Source: Tubulanus polymorphus (lineage: Eukaryota > Animalia > Nemertea). From it: 64,000 bases of DNA. Below the pieces are notes generated by a model. It made no database searches. It saw only the letters and a list, made by a program, of their open reading frames with translations, and had not been told where the DNA came from. Positions 26,274 through 40,525 of the stretch are shown here, piece by piece. The DNA is taken from contig NC_134028.1 in the NCBI RefSeq assembly GCF_964204645.1, positions 26,098,345 to 26,162,344 of the forward strand, written 5' to 3'. Position numbers and translations under genes: made by a program. Each line of letters opens with the position of its first letter. Positions within the stretch are counted from its first letter, which is position 1.

Positions 26274-27181
26274 GTAAATGTAAATACGGAAAACTGACAT
26301 CGCCGTATGCCGCCGCTACCAAAACGCTATATTTACGTTCATCGTAAAACGCTCGTTTAGACAGGACGAGATTTATTCCATTCGTTGTAACAACAAAGAT
26401 ATTATTACGAACGAAAAATGTTTTCTTCTTCAAACGGCGATAGTTTCACGGATGATGGGTGTATAAGTTTCGTCGCCGCCGCCGATGATTCGCATCGCGA
26501 TTGATTTCTGCTGGTTCTGGTTCTACTCGCAGATTCTTATCGTTCGTTTCAATTTTCCTAGATAAACAGTGTTGGGATTATCACTAAAAGCCACACGAGA
26601 TCGGTCGCGCTGTTCGGACGGATCATCAGTCGTATCGCTCTGTCTCTATCTCCGATTCAAGCGCCCGCGCGTGTTCCGAAATAAATCTCGTCGGATCCGC
26701 GTTGAGCTCCCGATCGAAGAGAACAAACGGGAAAGAAAGTGAATCTGTCGGTTCGTGTCTGGACGATTGCTTGTCGAATGATTTAGAGGATCTTTAATTT
26801 CGTCGAATCGCGTAAGGGTTACAGGTTTGATTGCCGTTGATTAATCTGTGTGTGAGAGTTGAGCATATTTGTTCCAGATCAATCACGTTATTATTTTCGA
26901 CATCGCGTTCGCGGAGACCGAGATTCAATTTTCAGAAACCCGACTCCCGTCGCTTCTATAAGTGTCTGAGATACTGAGAAAAAACGAAATCGTAGAATAG
27001 ATAAACAAGGACCATCGATGTCGCCAGGAAAAATCAGGTAAAGTGTCGTCAACTGGAAACTGAGAAGTGTTTCATCTTTTCCGTTAAAACTTGTTCTACC
27101 GACATCAGAAGACTGAATTATTGATATATCGTGCATGTTTCTGTTATACATTTTGGCGAGTATTCGTGAAACGGATTTGAG

Positions 27182-27967
27182 ATGAGTTTGATCTCGGCGC
27201 CGACAGCTGGTGCGGCGGTCATCCTCGCTAATATTACTACAAACATAACTGTTAACGAATCGAAGAGCGGTAATGCAACACTGTACAACGTCACTCCGGG
27301 AATCGTGGCCCTATTGGCGGTCCTATATGGTACCATATCCCTGCTCGCTATTCTGGGCAATGGCGCCGTAATGTGGGTAATATTGAGGAACCGAAAAATG
27401 CAAACAGTAACCAATATGTTCATCGCTAATATGGCGCTAGCCGATGTTTTAATAGCTATGATTAGTATCCCATTCCAGTTCCAGGCCGCGTTACTACAAC
27501 GCTGGATTTTGGCTCATTTTATGTGTCCGTTGATTCCTTTTGTACAAATTGTCACAGTAACAGTAAGCATACTAACGCTCACAGTGATTTCTATTGACCG
27601 ATACTTCGCCGTTTTGCACCCGTTAAAACCACGCGTTTCAAAAACCACGGCGAAAGTAGTGATAATTCTGATATGGATATTTGCGCTAGTGTCCGGCACG
27701 CCTTGGGCCGCTTTTTCGAAAGTAATATACATAACGGATGACGCTAAGCCTGGATTTAAGAAGCCGTTTTGTGATTTCAGATTTAGCGATTCGGTTTCAC
27801 ATTTACAAAAAGTATATTCCGTGTACATGACTTCGGTACAATATTTTGTCCCACTATCTGTGATAACGTGCGCCTATGCGCGAATAGGATGGAGAATTTG
27901 GGGCTCGAAAGCGCCCGGCTCGGCGGTCGATCAGAGAGATCAGATTATCAACCAGAACAAGAGAAAG
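27182..27967 (+). CDS. Lkr: Leucokinin/lymnokinin receptor-like rhodopsin-family neuropeptide GPCR, coding exon 1 (N-terminus, TM1-TM5, ICL3)
   Basis: In-frame upstream stop at 27167; five N-glycosylation sequons; GN in TM1, NMALAD, IDRY. PFQFQAALLQRW and IWGSKAPG...NKRK match leucokinin-receptor sequences as I recall them. Donor AAG|gtaaga, phase 0. Confidence 0.9.
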
Positions 27968-29595
27968 GTAAGACTACTTGCTTCTATAACTGTATGACTA
28001 TTGCAATGAAATAGTTTCCAAGAGTTAATTGATGAACCTTATATTCAAAGGATACACGTCAGTATCATCCAGGAACTCATATACAAAACTCGCATACTAT
28101 CAAAGAACGAAGGTTAGACTTTTGATCGGTGTCTCAATATAGAGACCCGATCGTCACCAGGCAAACTCGGTTCGAGTACTTAGACTTCGTTGAAATAGAC
28201 TTAGTCTGCTGTAGAAGAAAATAAATAATTTTCTACGGCTTTTTTTTCTACTCGGCGCTCGTGTGAAATACCATCGCTATCGAGTTTGATGATAAGTTTA
28301 TCGAGTGTTAAAAGCAGCTCTAAGCGAGTGTGGGGCTCGGCTGCGTGTGTGTAACTGAGGAATTATAAACTAACGTCTGCGGCCGAATTCAATTACTGCC
28401 CTCATTCCTCGTCTGTCGTCATCTCTGTGATGTTTAAACCGCTAATCAGATGATGATATACAATTTACCTTCAACTATTAATAAAGAGATAGATGTTATA
28501 TTTGATGTACTGTGATTATTATCACTCTAAGTGAACCACACCCCTGATCTATGTGCCCATTATACAACACTTGATTACTTGATTTACACCGTATAGATTT
28601 CATTTCATATATAATGAATGGGTAATGAACGGAGACATTGCAGGCTCTTAGGTTAATTGTCCATGTGGACAGAATCACGAACAAACTCTAGAACGGAAGG
28701 AATAAACACAAAACTGCGGAAGATTTTCATTTATCGAATTTGAAATGAAACTGAATTATTTTCATATGTGATACATGTGTACAGCGCCATTGCGTCATAC
28801 TGGAGGTCAACCAGGACCTCGTGCCAGCAATCCCACTAGATGGCGCACGTATCAATAAGACAGCCCAATTTAGTTCATTTTTGAATTCATTACATCTAGA
28901 TTTTTAGCCTCCCGTATAAAAACATTAGGAAAATCGTGTCTCGCGGGTTTCGTTCATTATTCAAAGAATCCAATAAATTATGGATAGATTTTGAATGAAA
29001 TTGTTGTCCTACAGCACGCTAGTGACACCTAGTAGACCCTCGCTCGCCACAAGCGAAATCCTCGATTGCCACAGCCGAACATAGAGTCATATGAGTAGAA
29101 ATTCACAGTTGACTTTCATTTCATGTCAAATGTGCTGCATTTGAATAATACGTGCGTGCGTGCGGCGTCCTTGCATCAAATATCACCTGAACAATCACTT
29201 TATGACGAATTCTTTTTTTTAGTTCGTAAACTATAAATTTCCATCTTCACGTCACCCGGCTCTTAAACTAACAAGGCCTACGTTTTACCTTGACCGAGTA
29301 TGTTATGTTATGCCATCGGCCGGTTGGACGTATGTATCGATCGAGCTCAAATATAAAGTTGCGCGGTCGCTAAACCAATTATTCTTACCGCAAAAGAAAA
29401 CCCATTAGATATATTACCATAGTGTCGATTCGAAACAGCGGCTAACCGTAATCTAATCCTAATCTAATAGATCCAGTGCTAACCCGTGTCTAGATCGGCG
29501 ACTTTATGACTAAATTATCAACGATACATAAAGTAATAGATCTTCATTCGTAATATATTAGTTTCGTATGATATCAGTTTTTCGCGCACCATCAA

Positions 29596-29705
29596 GACCC
29601 GGTCGCACAGTCGTGATTCGGGTCGGTCTAAAATGTGGTCTTTAATCTTAATAAGACCGGTTGTTTTCAGTAGGCTATAGAACTAAGTTGATATTAGACC
29701 GGTAT
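29596..29705. mobile_element. MITE (family B), partial
   Basis: gtggtc...aagaccgg...ggctatagaactaagtt...tagac matches the 4165 copy. Confidence 0.55.
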
Positions 29706-32161
29706 CAACCGCCCTCTGAGCAATGCACGAGCGGATGTTACGATTTGATTTAGGGATTTTCGTCGAATTCAGCGACGACTCTTCGATAAAAGCAGGATTT
29801 CAGCGATCGAAATTCAACTTTTAGATATTTAGCAACGGCTTTTATAGCTGTAACCGATCGAATGTAATTGTGATTAATTACGTGTCACAAGTGGACCGTG
29901 TTCTCTATTAATGAAAAACAAACTTCATTAAAATTGCCACTTTACGGGCGTCGCTTAGACAGACTACGGAGGCGTCCGCGTGATGTCATAGTTACGTCAT
30001 ATTATTCAAGTCAAGCACAAGCACAACCACGACGTAAAACAGTTTACGGCCAATGTGACGTCACTCTTTCTACTTCTATAGTCTGCAATCTCAACAGCCA
30101 ATATGTGAATAACTCAGTTCCGTATTCTGTCGTTGGCTTACTGAAATAAGTGGAGTGGACTGGCATTGCATTTTAGTGGCTTACTGATATTACAACTAAA
30201 AGTCACAGTTATATTTATTGTCAATATGAAGAACTATTAATAACTAACCCAATACAACCTTGCTCTGTTCGTGGTTTCGGGTTCGAATCATCAAGTATTG
30301 CGACCACGTTCGTTCTTATACGGCGGATGATCTTTACCGAATAACATTGTTTCATCTCGCACCAAAACATCTGATCAGATTGGATGCATATTATGCGTAT
30401 AGAATTGCACATATTATTAAGTACATGAAAACGGTGTCGAGAAACGGTTACCCCGGGCGCACTTATATACACTTTCGACGAATTCACTGAGTAGAAATGA
30501 TGCTAGAATATGCATGTATTTGAATAATTCAAATATTTATAAAGTGTTCGTGAATGTATTTGTTCATACTTCCTCAAGAATGTGCAATAGTCGACGAATG
30601 AAGAGTGTCGAGCATAAAGCATACAAAATATACAAGTACATTTTTTGGGAGAAGACATTTTGCGAAAGGTTATATTTGCAAAACCAGTAGAATTAATAGT
30701 AGAATAACCGCACTCAAACGTGGAGAACATAATAACGATTTGAAACGAAATGTATTGATATAAAGTTAAGATTATAAATCAAAAGACGTGACGTTTCTGT
30801 CTCCCTCCCTCCTCCACCTCCCTGCCTTTAAATTATGTCTGTTCTGGCCTTTCCATTTTCGAAATTCGAATTCTTTTTGGTCTTGAAGATGCATTAGGCG
30901 AATTTACAAATGAACTTTCGGTTAGATTTTTGAAATACACGAACCCAAATACCTCTATCGAAGATGAATGTTCTGTTTTTGATATTCTGAAAAATCTTCA
31001 ACGATTCGAACCTCGATAAACGTCTAATTAATGCGAATCTAACGTTCTTACAAGATCAGTGAATTTTCTCTGACTCAAAGAGAAACAAAAAGCGCTGTTT
31101 ACAAACGAAGGATAATGATCGTCTGCTTCGTGTTTACTAAAGACATTCCCTCGGTACTCATGTTGCATTAAACATTTAGAACTGAGGTTTTTTCTTCGGT
31201 TAGCAATGAAACGATTTTCCTAGTGTAGTTAATCATATGCTGTGAAACATTTATGTCATTCCGAGCCGCCACAATATCTCAGATATACATACGTATTATA
31301 CTGCATATATATATATACAGAGAAAAAACCGTTTTAGCTTTTAGTTTATAATCGTTTCTTAAAAATAAGGTTGAGAGTGATTGTGAGAATATGAGAGTTT
31401 TGTGATGGTGGCGGCAGGAGGCGATTTCTAGAAATGTTGTTACTACTACGATACGTGAATAAGGACTTGATTGGTTTTAAAAGCAAGTTTGAATTTTAAA
31501 CCTGGACCCAGTTTCACGGCAATATCTAATTCAAATATTCAACTTAAAAGCTACTGGTTGCACTTAATGCTTAAGTGAAATCGGACCCTGGGCCCGCTTT
31601 TATAGACTAGTGTTTCCTTTATCATGAAAAAAACGTGTTATCAAGTTTAACACGATAGTCACTTGTATTTATCGGTGATATGAACTCGAATGGATAAATA
31701 ACATAATCTGTTGGTGATAGTAATATCTGATAAAAACATTCGATTGCTTTTTGTTTTATCGTTTCCCGGAAATTCGTCATCACGTGGTCTCGTCAGTCGG
31801 TGTGGTTTCGGTCGTTTATTCATTAGTAAAAGGAAATAGAATAGAATTATGTAAATTTCTTCACTCGGTGTCTTTTATAGATAAACTCGATCGAGACGAT
31901 TTCCATTCTTTAACCTTACTTTGAATGAGTTAATTTCGGCGAATAAAACTTGTAGAAATTCTAGGGCGTAGACCTCAGACCTCTTTCACAGAAAGACTTA
32001 AAGTTTAATCAGAAAATCTAATATAAGTCGTTCAGTAAAACGGCATCGATAAACGGAAGCTTTTAAACTTGAATTGCGCAATTCACTTTCTAGGAATTTT
32101 CCATAAGCGATTGAGATATTGATTGAGACGAGAAGATACACAATATCCGTGTGTAATGATA

Positions 32162-32319
32162 ACGAGAGAAATCCCACAATCAATTTCAGCCAAAACGAGA
32201 ATCTTCAGTACGCCTGATGATGGCTAATAGTCTTTAGCCGAAACGTTGCGCAAATATATGTATAGTCTTCTATTCAAGTTTCTCGTTTTGGCTGGATTTA
32301 TTTGTGGGAATTCTCTCGT
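32162..32319 (+). mobile_element. Penelope-like element remnant with hammerhead (32211-32250) and inverted partial duplication
   Basis: CGC-CUGAUGA-U-GGCUAA-UAGUCU-UUAGCC-GAAA-CG-UU-GCG; 32162-32201 is an imperfect inverted copy of 32280-32319; related copy at 58246-58353. Confidence 0.7.
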
Positions 32320-33454
32320 GATATTGATTATTTGATGTTTCACAAAGAAAATTTGAATATAACAATAATAGATACATCAAAATATAAAGATTTAATAGGT
32401 ATCATCTATAGATTTCACCGTATTATATGGTTGGAGAATTGACATTGAAGAAGCGCTTATAAAATGGCTGTTTCTTCTTACGGACGCAGACTCAAACAAA
32501 GTTGCACAAATTTATAGGTGTTATTTTCTGTTTTGTGCTACAAGACATCGATTGATTTGGTTCTACGCTCATAACATGCAGTTTATGAAGTCTTGTGTTT
32601 ATGATGATGCGAGGTCTCGTAGAGATGAATTATATCAAGAATGACGTCTGGTAAATTTCTTTTAAGTCAACTAATCTCACATGATACTCCGTCATATCCC
32701 ATCAAACGGCTTCTTTCTCCCCCATCCTCGACTAAATTACACGCGGCGATATAGCGGAATGCGATGAAGTAATTTATCAGGGATTAAATACCTGGGGATT
32801 TCATACCAAACGTATTCACATCGACAAAAACATAATTCAACCAGAGCATTCAATACGTGTTCGCCATAATTGAACATGAAATTTAAGAAGAATATTCTAA
32901 AGCGCATTTAAATCGGTTTTACGCATCAGAGACTGATGCTCGTGGTAATAATGTACAGAAGGTCACATCATACCGGTGAGGAATGTTTCGGATAGTTTTA
33001 GGAGACTTGTTTTCAGTCATCAAAATGGGAAACATAATCATATATTTTTGTGATGTTTAACGCCGCCTTTCCAGGGAAGCAGCCAGTTCATATCAGAGCG
33101 GTCATCTAAGCCCGAACTGCAGCGACTGTGCTCAATCCTGTTGTTACTATTTCCGGATTATAGTTTCGACCCACTGAGATTCAGTTTCACCAAGTTCATA
33201 TATAGCCGACTAACTCCCGATAACCGAAGTTAGCCATAGTGAAGCGGCCTCGCGAGAACACGCGAGATTTTGACGAGGTTACATGATAGATTTGTTATGC
33301 AGTATCGTCGGTAATTCTAAGAACATAATCGAATGTTATAAAAAAACATGTTACCCATATTGATGACTTAATTAAGGAAGGCCTTTTCGCCCCGAAAACC
33401 TTTTACCCATCAGGTGCTACAGGTTCTTTGAGCTTATCGACATTAAACGGTAAA

Positions 33455-33503
33455 TATCGCTTTGAGCGTGGGATACTGCGGAAAAGCGCTTTAAAAGAAC
33501 TTT

Positions 33504-33552
<49 letters not shown>
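33455..33552 (+). mobile_element. L2-clade LINE/SINE 3' terminus with (ATT)n tail
   Basis: CGCTTTGAG...GAAAAGCGCTTTAAAA motif followed by (ATT)n at 33506-33552. Confidence 0.6.
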
Positions 33553-33557
<5 letters not shown>

Positions 33558-34667
33558 AGGGCAAATGTAATCGATGCATCTAACTTTTTGGTTAAACAGA
33601 ATACGACTTCAATAACGATTGAACGTTCATTCTACACTGTATGTGTAATTATGAAAATTACCTAGTGGCAATTTTATTCTTTATCATCTACATTTCTAAA
33701 AATAGTGATTAAATCTTTAAAAAAAACGTCGTGTTTTTCAAGCTATTCCTGAGGATTCCTGAGTATGTATTCAGCACGAAAAAATTCTTTTGAACGCAAC
33801 GTAACGGTTTAAAGTCTTCAGGAGAGACATGTCTACATCAGAAAGCTTTGTTCTCATGTAACATATCGCGTTTTCTCTGTATTTCTTTCATTTGTCAAAC
33901 GAGGGCGAAAAATGTCGTAATAAAAGAATGTATTTGGCACCTTTTAACCCTGATCAAAACCGCGACGAAGACAAAAGAAATACGTGCTCTGAATGATAGA
34001 ATAAGACTCCATAAATCAATCAAAGTCAAACCAGACCTAGAGTAGCATCATCGCTCTCAAAGACGAGACTTATTTGTGACCCCCCGTCGTGAAGCTGTGA
34101 CCAGAACATCAGCCGTGACTTGACTCCGGTCTCGTGTTGAGCTCTATCACAGTTAGCACTATCATCAATCAAAATGCCGACATATGACGTCAGAAAATGG
34201 ATCGGGTGAGGTCTGCTACGCCAACAAGCGACTGAGGAACGCTTACAGTAATAATCATTTTCCGCAGTGGCGCTCGTAAATTAACTCTCTGTGAAATCCC
34301 GACGACGAAATCTCCAGCGAGAAATTCTTTCGGACGTCGTTTTGACCGTAAATGATTATATTTGCTTCGTTGATCTTCTTTCCGTTTTCGTCCCTTTGAT
34401 TCAGCAAATTGAGATCTACACTAAATAGGAGCTGACGGAAAGATCAAAATACGCCCTAAGTCTTTTATTACGAAATTAGGGACGTGCTCCTCGGCCTGCG
34501 ATCACTTCTCAACCCACTACAGGGATTTCGTTTTCAGCAACGGAGGCATCAGGGTGGAAATCACTTTTCTTTTTTCTGTTAAAAGGTCGTTCACGTGATG
34601 TCATAGTTTATTCCCCACTTGCATAACTGTAACAATTAGGGTTATCGACTAGTTGTCGATACATCAA

Positions 34668-34848
34668 AAAACAAAATGACGGCCCTTTCGACCGAAGCTT
34701 ATTAGGGATTTGGGTCTAGAGGGTAGTGTTTAGGGTTTTTAGAATCAGGTTGTAGAAGGTTAGGGCAAAAGGAAAAGATCGCCAGGGTCCAGAGGATCGG
34801 GGTTAGGTTTGGTTTTTAGGGGTGGGTTGATCCACTAGCATAGGCATA
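34668..34848. mobile_element. Partial copy of the TTAGGG-rich inverted-repeat element at 50787
   Basis: aaaacaaaatg.cggc...attaggg...gtctagagg...agggtccagagg matches the arms of 50787-51706. Confidence 0.6.
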
Positions 34849-36121
34849 TATTTATATGTTTAAGGTGTAAAAAAGGGGATTTTTCAATTGAGTTTCGTGG
34901 CGCTGGAAGTTAGAATTTGTCAAGGTACAGCGTCCGCAAATCTCTGTCCGCATCCACCTCGCGAATAACCTGCTTTAAAGTGTTCCAATACATGACATGG
35001 AATTTGAATAGGAATACTTTAATTTAATTCTGTATTTATTTCATACTTATATATTCAATATTTGCTTTGTTATTATATTATTGTACATTGTACCGAACTT
35101 TAATCGATGCTGAACGACCGAGCAGCAATCATTGACGCTGCAGCTGATTCATCAATTTTTTTTTATTTCATGGAGCATTCATTCAGGGGTTTTGCTCGTA
35201 GAGCCGAGCTTTCACGAGATTACCGCCATAGGTGTGCTAATACGACCTTCGGTGACATTGGCCCAGATTCTGGCTAATGATTTCTTTTTGCGCATGGGTT
35301 TCTCGGAACGTTTGACAAAACGTCCCCTCGGAAGTGTCGGTTAGACAGAATTCCATATTCAGTAATTTCGATACGATTTTACCGCGGCGGATACAAAACC
35401 CCGCGAAAATGCATTACACGCGTTGTCAGAATGTTACGTAAAAGTGTCTCTGAATTGATGGAGTTTTTCCAAGAAAAGAAAAAACCGAGCGGTGATTCAT
35501 CTCACCTATACGTTATAAAATCATCAGCGCGTATATTGCGCACCAATTTGGCGAAGCGAATGATGCAACATAGATTTAATTGAGGCGATAAATCAAACGA
35601 ACGCGGATTCAATGGTTATCGTCAAAAACGTTTTCATATCTGTGAATTTCTAGAATTTCAAAATCAGCCTATCTACGCTACAGTGTAAAGTAGACATTGA
35701 TCACCTCAGCGACAATATTCATCCTCGGTCGTTGGAAAAAAGAAACGTCACAGTTTTAACTATTTTGTAGTGAACCCGCCGTGGTGATTTCGTGTCATAT
35801 TGATGAAAAATGGACAGCGGAATAACGAGCTTTCAGGGTTTTTTTACAGATGAAAAAATACGTGTCAACAGCGGATAGTGAACATGTCATACATAAACTT
35901 ATGCAATCATATTCAGCCGACTCTCAGAATATGCTTAGATGACCAACATTTCTTAAAAAGAAATTCCTTGACTGATGATGATTGGAAGATATACAGAACA
36001 TTCGCCTTCGTGGCCTGAATCATAATTCAATCCCCGTATATTGACACGTGATGATAGTCCAATATTTATGATCAAGTTTCAACGCATTTGGATTGAAGTA
36101 AAATATCAGAATAGCATGATC

Positions 36122-36124
<3 letters not shown>

Positions 36125-36206
<82 letters not shown>
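36125..36206. repeat. (AT)n microsatellite
   Basis: 41 perfect AT units. Confidence 0.98.
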
Positions 36207-36209
<3 letters not shown>

Positions 36210-36999
36210 CACACATACGGTCATAATTCGCAGCGGATATATACGGAAGGGCATTGCCGCCATAAGTGTTCATTTCTTAAGTGTAAGAAAAAATTGGGGG
36301 TTTTTAAACATAATGTACTGGGTGCAGTCGCTATGCTCTTCCATAGACATATGCTGGTTAAACATGATATTTTTAGTGGGGCATTCTCGAATCTCCATTC
36401 GAAAATAACCGCATTCAAATTGAACGCCCGTAATTGTAGATAGAATTCAATAGAGTTTAAGGCGATGATTGAGATTCCGTCGCCATATTGACGTTCCGAA
36501 TCTTCTTGAAAACATTCAATTAAACTAAGTAGTTACTGCTTATCACGCTATGCCGCGGCTGTAAGGTGAACTACATTCTCTCTGTACAGGAATCATAGTT
36601 GCTCCAGTCATCGATCACTTTCAGATTGAACAAACTTTTCATATCCCGAGCCTATGACAACATTGCACACACACAGTATGTTTTAGGTAAAAGTCAACAC
36701 GAGTGTGCGTTATAGCTCAACCTTCAGCGAATGTCATCTCTGCCGCCATGTTTAAACATCGCCTTGTTGGTTTTAATTAACGTTTGTTTTATGCGTGTTA
36801 CGAACAATCCGCTGTTATCTGAAACGCCTTTAAAACGTACGTGTCAACCCAAATATACACGTACCTAATTACGAGAAATGTTCAGTTTTTCTAGACATTT
36901 TCCAACCGTTCCTATCGTCGCGCATTGGTTTTCATTAAATCTATTTCAAATTAAGCGGCCATGTTGGATCACGCACGATTTTGATCAAATCAGGCGTTC

Positions 37000-37200
37000 C
37001 AGGACGAATTTGGGTTTCGTATAGTTTAGTCGACTATTTGCGAACTAAGTGAAGTCGAATATGTCAATTAGTTCGAAAATATTGAACTACGCGAGCACTG
37101 TCGCCGCAGACCGGACCTAGTTCCAAGATGGCCGACACTGTGAAAGTCGAGCGGGTTCGGTTTTAGTTGATTAACTACGAAACTGGAAGTTCGCCCAGAG
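37000..37200. mobile_element. Palindromic MITE (family D)
   Basis: ttagtcgact...cgaactaagtgaa..cgaat..gtca.ttagt shared with the nested element at 56876-57037. Confidence 0.6.
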
Positions 37201-38819
37201 TGTGATGATGGCACATCGTTTTGAGTAGATTCTCGTGGTGTTATCAGGTTCAAATCCCTGCTGAGGGATGTATATCTTTACCGAGTCTAGCGATACCTTA
37301 GCACGATATGGCCGCCGTCATTAGAAAAAACATATTTCACGCAAACAAATCATTCAAATTTTAAATCCACGCAAGGTCTCATTGTCCCTATGTCTATTCT
37401 ACATAGAGCGATGCATATCGTATATCGTATCAACCAAAACTGTTAAGTAACGAACACCACACTCACTCCTGCGCAATATGGTTAAGTGGTAAAAAGATCT
37501 TCTAACCTTACCGAGAAAATAGTTCTCAGTGTGTTTAGGAGGTGAAGGATACGTTCCGGGAAAACTGATACAAATCGGTAAATCGGAGGCGTAATGATCG
37601 GGGGTGTGCATTGGTAGTGAAAAACACTTCAGGCTTCTAGATTAATTTCAACTACTGTTTACGCATTAAGTGACCGGCGGGTTAATAGCAGCAGTGCATT
37701 ATCGTCGAATTAGAAGTCGTTGAATCCCTTCTTAAATCCGTTAATACCCGAGGTAAAATTAATCCCCGCCTCTGAATAGAAGTTTAGAACTTAAAGCTGC
37801 ACTTCAATGCTACGCGCTAGCGTGCGTAGGCTGATTTTGCAGTAAATTCTTAGCAACGCGTCGACCTGAAGACTGCTGAAGAGAATTGAATGATGGTGCT
37901 CCTACACAACACGTGTTTTATTGCCGCTACTAATACCGTTCATATACGGCTTATCGGTGCTATAATCTTCTCGAGAAAAGCGTCACTTCCGGTGCACCGT
38001 GGCCGACAATAGATCGAATTTGAATTGACATTGAATTCTGATACGGGCGACGGCATTGTGGTGGATTCCGATCCACGTCGTGAAATAAGTTTTTTTGAAT
38101 TCAATTCGACAAAACATCATTCGATTGTATTTATTTCACGTTAAGACGTCGTGAGAAACATCGATATATTGATAATAATTGTCCGTTACAAATCCTACTT
38201 GATCGGAAGCGGTATTAGACACGGGTTGTGTATCCAGATACATGCGAGTCAAACTGTGAGTTCCATCATCCTGAGGTTGATTGATCGATGCGGTCCGAAT
38301 ACGCGGCAGTTCAACTCATTATACATCGATTAATCGATAATTTGTTCGATAAATATTGGTTTTTCTCATCGAAACCCTTTATTTTTAGCCATAAAAAAAT
38401 TATCAGAAGCGATCGAAACAGCTGAATAAACGACTAATGACATTTTCTACGTGTTCAGTTATTCTGACTTATGATTGATTTTCTATCATGTCTGGTTTAG
38501 GGTGAGGGAACAGCCTGGCGGGTTGTCAAGCCTTATCAAGCATGTTTTTAGGGACGACCCACCTCTGCCCGTGCCCGGTTATAAAGCCACGGTCCCTAGA
38601 CATTACTATTAGATATTCACTTTTAGATAATCTCACCTGGTTTCCCAAGCGAACAGTAACTGTGGAATTCGAACCTGAAGACATCGAGACTTCGAGCCCG
38701 TATTTTAATCAGGGATCTCTCATTTTGTCATGCATTGCCAGAGGACACCTTTCGGTATCCCCGTGCCCAGACCCGCTTGTAAAGCAGCCATGTTTTCTAA
38801 ACAATTATGGAGTATCTAT

Positions 38820-39256
38820 GATTGTGATCCTAGTGAACCTCCATTTATGACAGGTTTGGTCTTCCATCTACGGTACAGCGTCACTCAATCGCCATTCAAG
38901 CTTTGTGTTTTCTATGCTTGAACATAGATTTATTGGAGGACTTTTCAATTCTACTCAAACTATCCCGTTAATCAATATCTACCATCATTTTATCACATGA
39001 CTCGTTTAGGCAACACTTAGAATTCTGCATCCTTCTCATTATCCAAACATTATCCAAATAGTATTATTCTATCATTCTCAATCTTCTTTTTTCATAATTG
39101 CATTTGTGATCTGTTCCAGGGCCTCGGCCTGACAATCATATAATGATTTCCGAGGTCCTGGTGATTGCCATATGTATTATATTATGTATAATTTATGTAA
39201 CTTATTATGTATCTATGTTTGTACCATGATAATCATCAAAATTAATCAAATCAAAA
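38820..39256 (+). mobile_element. Degraded LINE (L2/CR1 group) 3' fragment
   Basis: LYDRFGLPSTVQRH-like relic frame; GC-rich hairpin CCAGGGCCTCGG...CCGAGGTCCTGG (about 39116-39161); AT-rich UTR ending in an aatcaaatcaaa tail. Confidence 0.45.
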
Positions 39257-40423
39257 CAAGTTTTGCAAAAGGGATATTCTAGGTCATTCCACCTTGTTTC
39301 CCTTGTGAAAATTTATAGGATTCGAACCCGATATCATCGATACATCAAACGAAATAACCAATATCATCACATTATCTAGACGCGAAACGTAACATCGCTG
39401 TTCAACGCGACATCTCATTGTTTCCTGTGTGGATGAAAACGTTTTGATTCAAACAACGAAAGTTCACGACGGTCGTAATTTTCGTGCGTGTCTGGCACTG
39501 AGTGAACTGAAATACCACTGCGGTTGGTGCGTGCGTCGATGTTTTTAATCAAAAACCGACAGGAAAGAAATAAAAAGAAAGTGTTCATCGAAGAAAGAAC
39601 AAAATCACGATTCTCACGAACAGTTGACGAAACTGATCGCCGCTTTCTTCCGAAATAGTGAACGATCATCTCAACATTGCTCATAGATAGTCACAGTCCC
39701 GGCTCACAGTTGAATAGATGCAATTTCCAATTAGTATTTCGTGAACCGAGCTTTGATTACGGTTAAATCCGATGCTGACGAAATTGAAGACGATATTTCA
39801 TTCGCAAACCTTGGCATTAGAGCATCGTCATCGAGTGGATTCAAAAAGATTTCATTAAATCAAATTAGATGAATAGCGGTTTATCTGTACGAGTGGTATT
39901 GATTGAGGAATTGATGTGCTGAATCTGGTGTTGTTAGCCGATTAAATGCGTTTCCTCGTTCGAATTGGTTTTATTTACCGAAGGCCACAGTCATATATCA
40001 GGCGGATAAACCCCAGACATGCGAACTGAATTAAAGCCACCGATGACACTTACGACGGTTGAACGATAGTAAACCTGGCGCTTTTCTCCGACTTTTGACC
40101 AACTCGGACAAAATCAAAACTGAATTACTAATTTATTTTCCGAACCTTTACTCGCACCATTTTTTCCAAGACTGTCCGAGATTTATTGTGTATAATTTAC
40201 CCTGAATTACACATCCCTCAACATAGTGAAAGCGTTTTGTAATTCGAGATAATTCGAAAAGCCATCGCTGTCTTATTCATAAAGACATTCGACAAAGGCT
40301 TTGCTTCTTGCTATAAACAAGATATTTGAACTGTCATAAAATTACGCAGATCTGAAACCAGTCGGGAAATGTAATTCCAAATACTCTAGATGGATTATAT
40401 TTTTTCTTATTTCGGTGCGATTG

Positions 40424-40525
40424 CATCCTCCCTCGGCAGGGATTCGAACCTGCTGTCACAGCACGAACAACGCGCCAGTTTCGATACCTTTAGGTTCCAA
40501 TACACCTGAGCTCAGACCACACTAT
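40424..40525. mobile_element. tRNA-box inverted-end element (family A), single end
   Basis: CATCCTCCCTCGGCAGGGATTCGAACCTG. Confidence 0.65.

Noticed and set aside
36072-36263. IY-repeat ORF
   Set aside because: Translation of the (AT)n microsatellite.
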